Shown piece by piece: positions 26,135-39,072 of a stretch of DNA of 64,000 bases (its first letter is position 1; every line of letters begins with the position of its first letter). Made by a program: the position numbers and the translations under genes. The DNA comes from Dimorphilus gyrociliatus (lineage: Eukaryota > Animalia > Annelida). The stretch spans positions 2,734,684 through 2,798,683 of the forward strand of contig CAJFCJ010000019.1 of assembly GCA_904063045.1 (NCBI GenBank). The letters are read 5' to 3'. Below the pieces are notes generated by a model. The model searched no databases, was not told the DNA's origin, and saw nothing but the letters and a program-made list of their open reading frames with translations.

Positions 26135-29100
26135 ATGTTTCAATGCGTTGTTGCTTTGCTCATCTCTCTTCTACTTCTTATTAGTTCTGAAGATTGTCCC
26201 CATAGAAATTATTACGATTCATTATGGAGCTTCTACAATAGATCAACGCAAATCATTGTGGTTGGACGAACTTACAGCGAGCTCAAACGGACCCCTAACA
26301 CGCCGGTGTCCCGAATTTTCATCAAGACCATTGGAAATAATGAACTTAATATAGGTCAGAAAACTACTACTTGGATTAATGTTGAAATCAATTCTAATGA
26401 ATTGTGTAAAAATCGATTACATAATAACACCAAATATATAAAAAAGAACAAAACTTATATATGGTATCTAAAAGCAAGCAAACGACCGCAAGAAAATATA
26501 GCCTTTCATGAGGCGTCAGCCTTTCCTGATTCGATACGAAACCGTAAAGTAGTCAATGCTCTAAAAAAAGCCACGTGTTCCAGATCAAAATGCGATGGTA
26601 AGTTTTTCACCCTTCAGACTAAATCAGATTTAATTTTTCGTTACGGTCGTCTCTCTTCTATCGATTACTTATAGCCGTCTCCCTGACGACTGTTTAATTT
26701 ATTGCAGCAAGGCTACCAAACGATCCTACGATCACAGCATCCTTCAAACGAAACAATCTGCATATCAACTGCAAAATCGACGGCGGCTATCCCAAAGCGG
26801 CAGCCTTGTTTATGAAAGATGGAAGACCCTTAAGAAAGGGTCATGTTCGTTATAAGAGGTAAACAGTTTCAAAGCCTCACACGTCTGATTAAGCATCTAA
26901 TCGCTAATTATTAACCGTGAAGAAACTCATGTATACTCCTATTTATACAAATATACAGTAGACAGTCTATATTTATAGGTGTAAATATAGTATATACAAT
27001 AGAATATAGAATAGTCAACATTTGCACATATATATATATATTGTTTTTTCAACATGCGTGTGTAGAATTGTTTAACAGTAAGTGTAAGGCACATGGTATA
27101 TTGATCGACTGCAATCTTCTATTCACGTAAGGATCACATACACACATAAAAACATCCTAACAGCTATACACACACCCTCACACAAAAGATCATCAACAAA
27201 ATTAAACCTTCATGGAATGCACTCTTTTTTTATTAATCCAATAATAGAAATTCAAATGATACCAGAAAGAAAAAAAATAGGTCTTGATAGATGAATACGA
27301 AATTGAACTCGTCCCTTGGGCCTTTTAGGCCTGTTTTGGTAGTAGAACGGCAAGTAGATAAACCAATGACAAAACAATTTTACCCTTACAGTATACCAAT
27401 ATTGTATAACAATAAAGTACAAAAGTAAAGAATCTGTAGGAATACAATACACATATATAAACAAATATTAAAGTATTATTAAATAGAAATATTCCTATAT
27501 CAAAACGTTAAGGTTCTCTTAAAAAAAAAGTCAATATATTAAAATTCTGACTTGAATATTAAATAGGCTAATTTGCGTACTTTCTTTTATTGAAAAATAT
27601 CGTGCAAGCTTTATTCGTAGGATAAAGATATTAGTAGCTTTTTTCTTTAAAAAAAAAATCAATACGTTCATTCTTGAAAAAAGAAGACTAACCACATAAA
27701 CATTTAGATTTTCGTACGAAAATATAAAAGTGATTGTCAAACGAAGCTGCTTTTATTGCCATTGTAAAGATAGAATATAAGAATATATTACTATGAATTG
27801 AAAGAATTTAAATTGTAAAGAATACAAAACATGAATTTATCGCCAAGTCTATGATTTTCTACAGGAATGGTATTACTCTGCGCATTCAAGATCGAAAAGA
27901 GGATGACAGCGGGATATATACATGTAAAGTGTTCAATGTAGCAGGATCTCGTACGAAAACAGTTACAGTTCCAAGAAACAAAAAACCAGTCGTAAAACCT
28001 AGTAAGTAGCCTCCTGTGTATATTCAGTTGTACCTCATGTGTTTTTTTACCAACAATGATTGCAATATGATATTAATACGCGCTTAAAGATTTTGCTGAT
28101 GATGAGCATATATCACAATTACACATAGATGGGATAAAGCCTATCTAAGCATAACAATAATCCTTTTAATCGCTAAGCTTTTCATTGTTTTACCTATCCT
28201 TTCGCAGAGATTCGGAAGATTCGAGCACAAATACCTAATAAAAGCGGTTTGTTCTGATTTTATTTCCGCTGTACTTTGTTTTTTTCATTGATATTAGCAA
28301 GAAAGAGCTTTCTTTGTGTTGATAGATCCCTTTTACCCAATTTATTGATATTTTCCAGCTAAATTTTTCTAATTTTGCTTCACTTTCCTTTTTCTTTTAC
28401 ATAAATAGCTGACAGCAGTACTGCTCCCACAACTGAAATGGTATCCATTTCAAGTATCTCGCCTTCTGGTCTGTCACCAAACGCCAGGGTGGAACACTGC
28501 AAAATACAGTCTTTCTGTCTAAATGGAGGTGTCTGCTATAACATACCTTCTATACATATGCGATTTTGCAGGTACGTTATAGAATCTTTTAAGAGGAACA
28601 CTAAGTAAAAGAAAAACTAGTCTACTATTAATAATACTAATAAGACGTATACTAATGCTAATAACATTAGTATTTTAATTTACTTAATAACTATTATTTT
28701 ACAATAAGTCAGTACTCTTCCAGATGTATTTGTCTAATTATTGTATCATCAAACAATTCTATTGTACTCATAAAGAGGATAATGAAACAAATGAGAAAAA
28801 AACCCTCTAACAAGGAAACTGGCTGTAATATTACAAAGAACAGAAAAAAACGTCGACAATCGATCCATTATGCAAAAGGGACAACGAGTTAGAACTGCGT
28901 TTAAATATTTTATATCCACAAGCGAGCTCAATTGTTTAGGAACGCGACGCGTTTCCAAAGAGCTTAGTAACACACATAAATTAGATATGAGCGTAAAAAA
29001 TTTCCATACAAAATTATCAAACCACTAAATCTAAAATTATTTGTATCTAATTGAATTGACTATTGATCTTAGAATGGTAGATGCTACTATAAAACGACAT

Positions 29101-30292
29101 TCAAGAAAATCTTGTACTGTTCTTTGGCCTTATTTTTTATTGACTTTATTGTTATTCTGTCAATTTTTATTGAAAAATTACTCATTTTCATTCGCTTAAG
29201 AGCTTATATTACACTTTCTAGCTATGAGCTTATAGAATGAAGGAAGTTTTATAATTTCAGAAGGGTTAGATGTATAAACAAGAAATTCTACCTTTCAGAA
29301 ATAAAACAATAATTACTTTAAATAAAAGAAAATAGATAAAATTCACTTATGTTCTTCACCTTATAACAAAAAAAAACAGAAATCAATTAATTTTCTACAG
29401 TATGAAAATATCAAGCGAACATAAAAAGAACTGAAAGCAAACATGCAATAGATAAAAGTAATTTTTAATTTACAATAATTTATCTAATACTCAAATTATT
29501 CGTTGTATATAAAACAGATTATAATTAATTGTATCCTTTTACAACAGTTTCAAAATTATTGATTTTAACCATAAATATAGATGTTGTAAAGTATGTGACT
29601 AAGGCAAAAACAAATTGTTACGAGTATTAGAGAAATCCCTTGTCGTTTGACAATTAATCCCATTAAAAAGTATTATTAATAACTTATTTAATTCGGTTTT
29701 TATTTCTTTGTTCAGATGTAAGGAGGACTATGTAGGATATAGATGTCAATTTCCATTCCCTGAAGGAATGATTGGCAAGATAGCAGGTAATCTTAGACGC
29801 TATTTGACAAATCATCACATGGAAATAATAATTAAAATTTATTAATTTTGTACAGAACAACAAAAATTAGAGACAGATAGAGTGATCACCCGTGTTATTT
29901 TGGCTGGTATAGTTCTTCTTCTCATTATGGTCATCCTACTCGCTTTTTTTATGAGATGCTTCCATAAATCGCAAAGAAAACGCTTCATGAGGTATAAACA
30001 AGAATTAAATGCAAAGGAACCTCTTGTTCAGAATCACAACTCGCTAAACGTAATTAATTTTTCTTGTATAATTACATAATTTATTTATTCTTTATCTTTT
30101 CTCTTCTTCTAAACAAAGATACAATACCAAACTCCTACAAATGTACACAGTATAGGGGTCCAAACAGATCCATCCTTGGACCCTAGTCTATTAGCAAGAC
30201 AAGGAAATAAATATGATGAATTTAATGAAGATTGTATAGCAGAATCTCAAGATTCGACGGATAAACGTCAAGGAATTTTCTTTTCACCCTAG
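26135..30292 (+). CDS. Neuregulin/vein-type EGFR ligand precursor (signal peptide, N-terminal domain, Ig, EGF, TM, cytoplasmic tail). Exons 26135-26597, 26708-26858, 27865-28001, 28208-28246 (candidate), 28409-28571, 29716-29786, 29856-30049, 30119-30292.
   Basis: Ig motifs CKIDGGYP..KDG and DDSGIYTCKVFNVAG. EGF domain C..FCLNGGVC..FCRCKEDYVGYRC is split by an intron between Cys4 and Cys5, the position typical of EGFR-ligand genes. TM VITRVILAGIVLLLIMVILLAFFM is followed by a basic stop-transfer segment. All junctions are GT-AG and in frame. Confidence 0.85.
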
Positions 30293-31974
30293 AAGATAGA
30301 AGAAGAATTACGAAATTTGATATATATGCAACAACAACAAAATCTAATAGCACACAATTTTTTACAGTATACTCTTCTTTATACTGTATGTTAACATTTA
30401 TAAAGTAAAAAAAAATGTCAGAAATTCAACGGCTAGTAGTTAAAAGTTCTATTGAAAGATACTTTAGTAATTTTATTATTATAAAGAATTTTTTTTCTAT
30501 CTTTTAAAAGGTTAAACGTTGATTACACGTTAACAATGAAAATTAAAAATGTTATCTATTGGCTTACTTAGAATTAGAGGACTTGAGTCATAAGGAAAGG
30601 AATTTGTAAATTCCCTAAACGTATGACCCTCCATCGCCTCTGCCTCCCACTCAGTCTTTTTATTTTTCCCCCCACACAGGCCTTCTCTTACCCGCAAAAA
30701 TACAAGCCTTTCCGTTGATATTGATATTCTTTTTATTATTACTTCTAAGGTCCCAACAATGCACACCTAACCCTGAATTCAAATAGATATTAACCTATTT
30801 TTATTTGAATCATTCCGTCCTGAATTTGTATATCTAAATATTTATTATAAGTCTTTTGCTTTCTATTTACATTCCCATATGAATAAGAAATTGGATTGCC
30901 TAAGTATATTAATTAACCTGTATATATTAAATATAATATATTACATATATGCCTACATAGAAATAAAAAATTTCTGTACTTTCCCCAAGATAAATCATTA
31001 AATATATTACTCAAATGATAAAAGACTATAAATTTTCTCTAAAAATGTGTCTATTCTTCTTTATTATTTTCTTCTATTACAATAGAACTGTTATTATTAA
31101 TATCAATTATTAATATTGAATTATTACTATATAAATAAAGCTATATATCATCGCAGTTTGCTAATTTTCCATTAAAAAAATAACTAAACGTTACCGATTA
31201 CAAGTGAAAAGAGATAGCTTCGTACTTTTTTGTTTTTTTTTTTTACTTTACAAAGAACTCTATGTTCTATTGTTACTGCTAGATAAAAAGCATCAATTTT
31301 TTTTCAGTATATAGGCAATAAGAAAGTCGATAATTATGGTCAGATTTACTTAAGCGTACTTAATTAGTTTACCAAACAACAAAAGCATCAAATCGAAATT
31401 TCTGATCGATAGATATAAAATTTATCAAGCTAATTTCCTCTACTACTATTTTTTAAAGGAGGGAAAAAGGAGCAATCTCTTAAGGAACATATAGTTATCC
31501 ATTTAGGGAAGGAAGAGTGGCTTGCTATTAACTTTTTTTTTGTACAACAATATATCTAAATTGTCGTAAATTTTCCTTTTTTTTTATATTTCTACAGCTG
31601 AAAATGGCAAGATAGCGGAACTTATCAAAAAAAAATATGTATATCTAAGCATTTATAGCAATTATTTATATTACTTTTACAATATATAGCAATTTCGTAT
31701 AGTATTAACTAAAACACGTATGTTCAACCTTTATTATCTTTACTATGTGAAGATAGAGGGCCTTTGAACAGTCTTCTAACGCCATCTACCGTTTAAATAT
31801 GACATTACAAATTTCCGTCGTTATTAAACGAGCTCAGAGCAGCTGATAAAAGCAATTGTTAATGATTTTGCGTTTTAAGTGTAATTGTGAAAAGAAGCAA
31901 AAATGGGGGAAAATAGAATACAATGTATAAGGTAAAGTTCTTGATAGAGTTTTTCATTGAAGATAACCTTTAAA

Positions 31975-34184
31975 TCACACAAAAAGATTGGTTTTGTTTG
32001 GTTTGCAACTATCCGAATATTCCAATTTTGGCGATGCTTGCTTATCGGTTTCTATAGTTACTTGAAAATTCAATTGAACAGAAGTCTTATGTTCAGCAGA
32101 TTTCTCATTAGCAGTTTTTTCTCTGTTTTTGTCATATTCTTGCTCTGGAAGAGAGTCGTCGTCGTCGTCGTCGTCGTCCTTTTCTAAAAAATTAAATAAT
32201 AAGGTTTAACAAACTTTTTATGATAAAGTATTAACAAAGATTATCAAAGTTGTTAATTATTGTGGTTGTTTGTCACCATCAGACATGAAACGATACATTT
32301 AATAAGCTGTTAAATATTATTTACCTTCTTTCACCTCTACACTTTCCGGACTACTGTCATTTTCATCCTTTAATATTTCATCAATAGTATATTTCGTTAT
32401 ATGTCTTCTTTTGGTGGCTGGAGGACCTTGCTTTTTATAAGAAGAAGATGAAGGTAGAAATAAGCTTGGCTGGTGGCTCCAGTAAAAAGGGGTTACGTAA
32501 TGTGGAAGAACGGGAAAAGGATTAAACGTCGATGTTGAACTTTGGGTTAACTGCAAGCTATGGTTCGAATCGTTGCTCCCCGACATTGAAGTAGCGTTTC
32601 TTAATATTCTATTTATAGAACTAACGCTTGGAGCCGACTGTTCGTCACAAATCCTTTCTTTCAGCAATACATCACGAATTTCCCAGGCAAATAACGATGG
32701 ATTCTCCTCCTTTATTTTCATTATACGTCGAACTATTATTGGTGTCGCAACATGCTGTTTGATTGATTAAAGGAAATATAAACAAATGTTTATCATATTC
32801 AAAATTTTTATTAAAAAAATTGACATTTGACAAACCTTATTCTTATTCCCGCCAATTGAACCAGGTTTTATGCTACCCGTCTCATAGTACCTCGTTAAAA
32901 TTTTACTAACGCAGCCATGAGAAACAAGTAACTGTCTTGAAATGTCACATGGTCTAACACCCATTAACGCCATTTCTACAATCCTTCTTCGAACTTGTGT
33001 CGGAAGAGGTCGGCCATTAACGAAGACACCGCCCAATTGGTTGACACCGGTTTGCCCTGGAATACGATAATTCAGTCATTCAAATAAACAAAGATAAATG
33101 GCGCACGAAAAAGAATTCAATATCAAAGAAAGCGCTGGTCATTGAAGCATCTTTTAAGTTTCATCTTTCCTTATAAACTGCCCTCTGGCTACTTGACTGC
33201 TGTTTATAGATACAATATGGTTGAATTTAAGAACGTATGCTATCGGATCGATTAGTTATTCGATATTGTTCAGGTGCGTCTCCCCTCCTTATAAATAAAC
33301 GGTGAAAGGATTCACTTTTTTAAACGTTAATGCAATTGAAAGGGGCACGTGCAACTAAACGCCATTTTATGCCGCACCGTTTCAACAGATAATTTTCTTG
33401 AAAAATAGACGTCCGGCAAACAAGCACTTTTCGTCTTTCATGTTGTGAATGATTATGTCTACTTTGACAACATAATTGCATTGAAATTTCTTAATATTGA
33501 CGCAGCGTGTGCGTATATGCGTAAATACGTGCTCCATTTGTGATCGTTGCGGTTGTTCACTTTAAACTTGGTTATCAAAATTCGACAAAAGAGACAATAG
33601 AATTAAATTTAACTAGCTATAATTATTTTTCTTTTTCTTTATTCATTTAAACTAATTGAAGCCTATTTGTTTCAATTTAATGTAACTAAGCTTTTCCATA
33701 TTGTTTACATTAATCCATCAAATTTTGTTACTTTGTATTTAGAAAGGATACAAAATAGCGTTTATCAGAATAAATCCAATAGAAGCTATGACCCTTTAAT
33801 CTTAAAACTCTTTTGTAGCAAAAAAGCATAAAATCATAGAATAATAATTATTTGAAACAAATCTCTCTCTCAAGGGAATTGTTATTTTACAGTCACTTTT
33901 TCATATCTAATTAATTAAAAGAACAAAAAGAGCAACTAAGACATTGTTTTCTAAAAAAAGGGAAATAAATTTAAGTAACAGTCTTACAAGTAAATTTGCT
34001 TTGAAAAGTCTCCAACGTGATGAAATAAATGCTAAAATCTTATCTACATAGTTGGAATATAAGATAGTCTTCTCTTACAATATTGAAATATGAAGAATTA
34101 TTCATGAACTATTTAAAGTAACCGTTAAATAATACGAATCTAGAAACAGGATTTTAATATGGTGTACTAACCAGTATGAGGCAT
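31975..34184 (-). CDS. Poxn: Pox neuro paired-box transcription factor (paired domain + octapeptide, no homeodomain). Exons 34184-34172, 33056-32836, 32754-32325, 32183-31975.
   Basis: A 13-nt first coding exon ATG CCT CAT ACT G|gttagt gives [46 protein letters not shown] and [19 protein letters not shown] match the Poxn subfamily; octapeptide-like YTIDEIL. The last exon is joined via gaag|gtaaat...tttttag and stays open for about 70 codons. Confidence 0.9.
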
Positions 34185-35014
34185 GGCAACACGTCCGGAC
34201 TTCATTGATTTCCAAAGCTCACTGTTAAAGTCAAATCAAGACGCGTGCCGTAGGCGGTGAAACTCGTAGCTCCGCCCCTGCCCTGATTAACAACCAATGA
34301 GCTCGCTTTGCGGATCGTCTGAACAGTTTTCCTTTTTTTACTTAATCTATGTCATCACTATTCTTTGTATAAATATACGACAATTTCGCCTGATTCAATT
34401 TTGTTTAAATAAAAAATTGATAATAGGGTAATAGAATAATTAATCTCCGGCAATGTCGAAGAGATGCTGAAACAAAAAAGATAAATTGAACGACGATTAG
34501 TGTCGAACATATTATTTACGCTGCTCAATTTATATTTTAAATCGGTTAATGAAGGAAAGACGATGACAGGAGGCAAGGACACGCAAGAGACCATAATCTC
34601 TACATCTCCTTAAGTGGCGCCATGTACATTCCAGAGACGTCCGTAGGAGAAACCCTACTGTGAGGAGTCAACTTTCGTATCCGTACACCTACAACTAACC
34701 TTTCTTCAATGCGTTAAACTTGAGCGTAATATTCCCTAAAACTGCTGGGTTATACTGTAAACATTTTCTTCGCACTTTTCCGTTCGAATAAATCGGCTGG
34801 CAAATCGATTATATTAGGAAAGTGAAAATTGTAGTTAATAAAACAACACGCAGAACACCAGTTCAAACGTCATCTCCCAGCTTGCTTTTCGTGTAGTGAA
34901 GCTCTCGGTCGGGCATTTGAATAGTCGAGTTGAGCTCGAGTGACTCGCGATGACTCGAGAATACGTTGTTGATAACGACTTGAATTAGAAGTCTGCAGAT
35001 AATCACGTAACGGC

Positions 35015-35080
35015 CCAATGACGTCACGCATATTTTGTAAGCGCTTTAATAGTGAACTGTATTGTGTAAATATATATAAA
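35015..35080 (+). promoter_or_regulatory. CCAAT + CRE (TGACGTCA) + TATA cluster
   Basis: CCAAT 35015-35019 overlaps a perfect TGACGTCA at 35019-35026; TATATAAA at 35073-35080. Confidence 0.4.
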
Positions 35081-38000
35081 GGAAAGAGGGCTCTTCAGAA
35101 TATTAATCAGTTTTAAATATGAAAATTTTCACTTGTAATTAATACGTATATATTTCAAAGATCGTTTGGTGTTCAGAGCTCAATATAGCGAAACAAAAGA
35201 GCTGAAGGCGTATCGAGCAAACCGCAGGTGAAAACGAGGGCAGCAAACGGAAGCGGTGGCGCACAATTATAGCGAGAGAGGGAATGAATGACTGAGAGGA
35301 ACAGCTTGCCTTATTTCCGGTCGCTACCGCAATATACATAGGCGCAGCAACCGTGTTCGGTCGTTGTGGAAAATCAGAACTTGCTTGATGATGACATTGC
35401 TTGACGTGCATACAAGGCAGGTGCTTTTCGCACGCCATTCATCCCTTCTTTTTGCTTTTCAACATATTTATTCGATGTATATAAAAGTATAGAGTAGGAC
35501 TATGATGTTATCATTTGTTGTTTTAGATAAATTTCTGCCAATAGTTGAATAAAATTACTTCCTCGTTATAATTACTTCGGGGAGTTCTATATAATTTATA
35601 TCTTCAGGTAAAATTTTCGGGCATTTGCTTTTTCATTCATAGAATAATTATTTTTCTTTTATATATTAAGACTTACATTTGTACTGATAAATAAATTATT
35701 TAAATACAATATTTCATATAGATATCATACCAACTATGGTAAAAACAATATTGAAATTATAACAATTCGCTACACTACAGAGGTTTAGCGTCTTACGAAA
35801 GCACTACTTATTAATTATTTACATATTTTAGAGATTTAAAAAGTTACATCTATTAGAATAGATAAAGGTCATATTGTTGGTATAAAAAACTAATAAATCA
35901 TGAATATGCATAAATGAATATCTTATCATAAATAAGATTTTTCTTTATTTATTAAAAACGTTAAGTTCATTTCGAATAGACTGCATACCTATCGAAAAAA
36001 GGTTAAGAAAGAAATGGTGGTTATCGCGCATACATCGCTCAATTCCAATGAAATTTATTCAAATTAGCCTCTTGTCATGTAAACTGTAGATGAATCAATC
36101 TGATACGTTTGCAAAACTTTGAAAAGAACTGACCATTTGAAAGACAATGAATTATTTACGAAATAAAATACAAATTGATATATAATTTATCAATTGTTTA
36201 AATAAACAGCACTCTCCGACATCTAGCGCCAGTAAATAGTGTAGGTGGTTTAACGGTTCAGTGATAGTAACGCTTAGTCTTTTGTTAGAAAAGAAAAAAA
36301 AACTTTTTTCTAATAGATAGCGCCATCTCCTGTGCTTTTCAATAATAGTCATGCAGATGGAGTAATGAAACACATCTCTCCGTCCAAATTCTAAAGGCTA
36401 AGAAATGTATAAGAAGTGCCTACCCGAGCAAATAATGAATAATTTTTGAAAAAAGAAATATTATATAAGTTAATCTACTTAGGCGTAACAAATAAGTATT
36501 GAAATGCTAAAATATCTAGGAAGGTATTTCTTTGTATTGGCGTCTTTTGCTGTACAACTACGTGCTTATAAATAAATATAGGATTCCGCATTAGTCGTCA
36601 TTATAACACCAGCTCCTTAAACCGTATTTATCAAAAAAAAAAAACTCTGCCAAGATATTGTTTACGTTTCAAAACATTCTTTAGAAACCTGACTAGGGGA
36701 AAAAATTAACTTTCTGGATGAATAATCCTAATAATATGATTCTATAAGCTCATCAAGTAATACGAGCTTTATTATATAATTTGTATAAACTATTTTATCA
36801 GATAGTTTGTTTTTATGATGGAATTATATGGATGATACTGTTTCATTTCAAAAGAAACATAATAAATTATGTATTATATAGAAGAAGCCTTTATAAAAAC
36901 ATCTTTTAGTTTTACTTCTCCATTATAAATTATGAAATGATTTTTATTAATAAAGAAAAAACCCTAGTGGATAATATAAAAGAGGATTATGTATATTTTT
37001 TTAGTTAATTATTTATATACCAATTATCGTGAATTTCTATTTTAAATATAGTAAATAACAAGCCATTTAGATTGTTTTATATTCTTTTTATAACTGCTTC
37101 TCAATCGTAAAAAATACTTTCTGTTTAATTCATCTTTTTTATGTTATTTAATTCTAATTTGAGTCTATCAGAAGAAAAAGCCGATTGCTAAATTACCGTA
37201 TTCTATGGTAAAGCCGCTTAAAAATTTTTCGATTAAAATTTAACGAGAACAGAGACTCAAACGAAGAAAACCAGAGTTTAATATGTATACCAATAGATCC
37301 ATCCTTTTTAACCTGCAGATGGCGTTTCTTATTTACTTTTCAAATGATACTGTCGCAGTAGTAACTATTTTATATAACTGATTTTGTCTATATCTAATAC
37401 AGTATATTCGTGCCGAAACGGCTTATTTTTTGCGATTGATTGACATTGTATATTGTATCAATTGATGATAAAGACTCATATGTTTAATTCATATGGAATA
37501 GTATATTTCAAATAGACATCAATTGCCTTTAGCTAAATGATATAAATGAAAGTAATTTATAATACCTTTGCCATGATACTTCAAGCATTTTAGCTCGAAA
37601 TATCAAAGGTAAAGTAAAGCTACAAGTATCTAAATTACATCTCTATCTCACATATACATCGCAATTCTTCTATAAAAATATTTACACATTAAACGAGTCT
37701 AATCTGTCAAAATTGAGTCTTATGAGAAAAGAGAATATTTAAGAAATCTTCATCATCTCTTCAGTAAGGATTACAAGGAAAATAGATTATAGATTTAATC
37801 TGTTAAATCTTTATATTAGTAAGGTTTTAAGTCAAGTTATTAACTGCGTACAGCTTAATTCCTATATATCTTTGCTAATAATTTTTTTACAGCCTTTTAA
37901 TTGGGATTTTATTCCAATGAATTGAGGTTTTTTTTTAGATGTGATGTGATCGCCAGAAAGTAAATGAAAGCAAATCAGAGCAAATCACGGAAGACATTGT

Positions 38001-39072
38001 AAATAAATAATGACTTCATTTCCCGACAGCTCTGTATGATGAAAGAAGCACAGAGACGCCGCTATACTCTATAGAAATATGCTATTTTTATAGACGCTCG
38101 TTTCTTTATTTAAAAATAAATAGAAGAACAAACAAGTCGAAAGAATGAATTTTATCTATAGTTTTTAAATATTCCATCTTTTTTCATAAAGGACTTTAGT
38201 TTATCTCAAATTTATATTAGCACATTAAGCGCAGATGTTTTTCTATCGTTTTCTAAAGAAAATAGCTTCAAAAGAAAAGGAAAAGGGCAAGGACGTAACG
38301 GAGAAATTTGAGCGATTCTTAGATACTCTTCGCCTAATCTGGTAATTGAAAGTCAAGCTAAACGCGTGCAACCACATTATCGTATTACTGAGACAATAGA
38401 TAGATGAGTGGTAATGGGTTAAATTGCTTGTCAATTAAATAGTACAATTACGTAATTGTTGACTTGAAGTCTTTGACGTCATCAAATCATCCAAGCGAAA
38501 TAACCTAAACAAAAACTTTATTCTATAAGAAAGGGGTGAATGACTAAAACAATAAAAACTTAATTTAGGAAAAGTGACGCTTTCAAGGTGCATTAGGTCA
38601 AATATACTTCAACATGCAATATAAAGATTGTCAAAAGCTTGAACTATAAATTTAAAGACCAAGAAAGGAATAAAGGAAAGAAAAACTATTAAGAGTCTAT
38701 ATATTTTCATTATTTAGTTTTAGAATTATATTTCTTTCCAATTGGATATTAAAAGACGCAAGTGTTGAGTGCAATAATATGTAGACATCTCTATAAAGAA
38801 GTGCACATAATGTGTATATAAGTAGTTAAAGCACAAACAGATAAAGAAACAGCACGGCGCCAGACGGCACTCAAAATTCTATAGAACGCAAATTGATCTC
38901 GCGAGCAATGGCGCGTGCAACCGGCACCAAGGCGTTCTTTTCCTGCGTTGTTATGTAATATACTTAATTAAAGGACGATTTTGATTAAACAATGTTTTGT
39001 ATTCTCAATTCTTTTTATGAAGTGGAAAAAAGTTAAGACGAAAAAAGATAAAGAAGATGAAGATGAGAAGAG

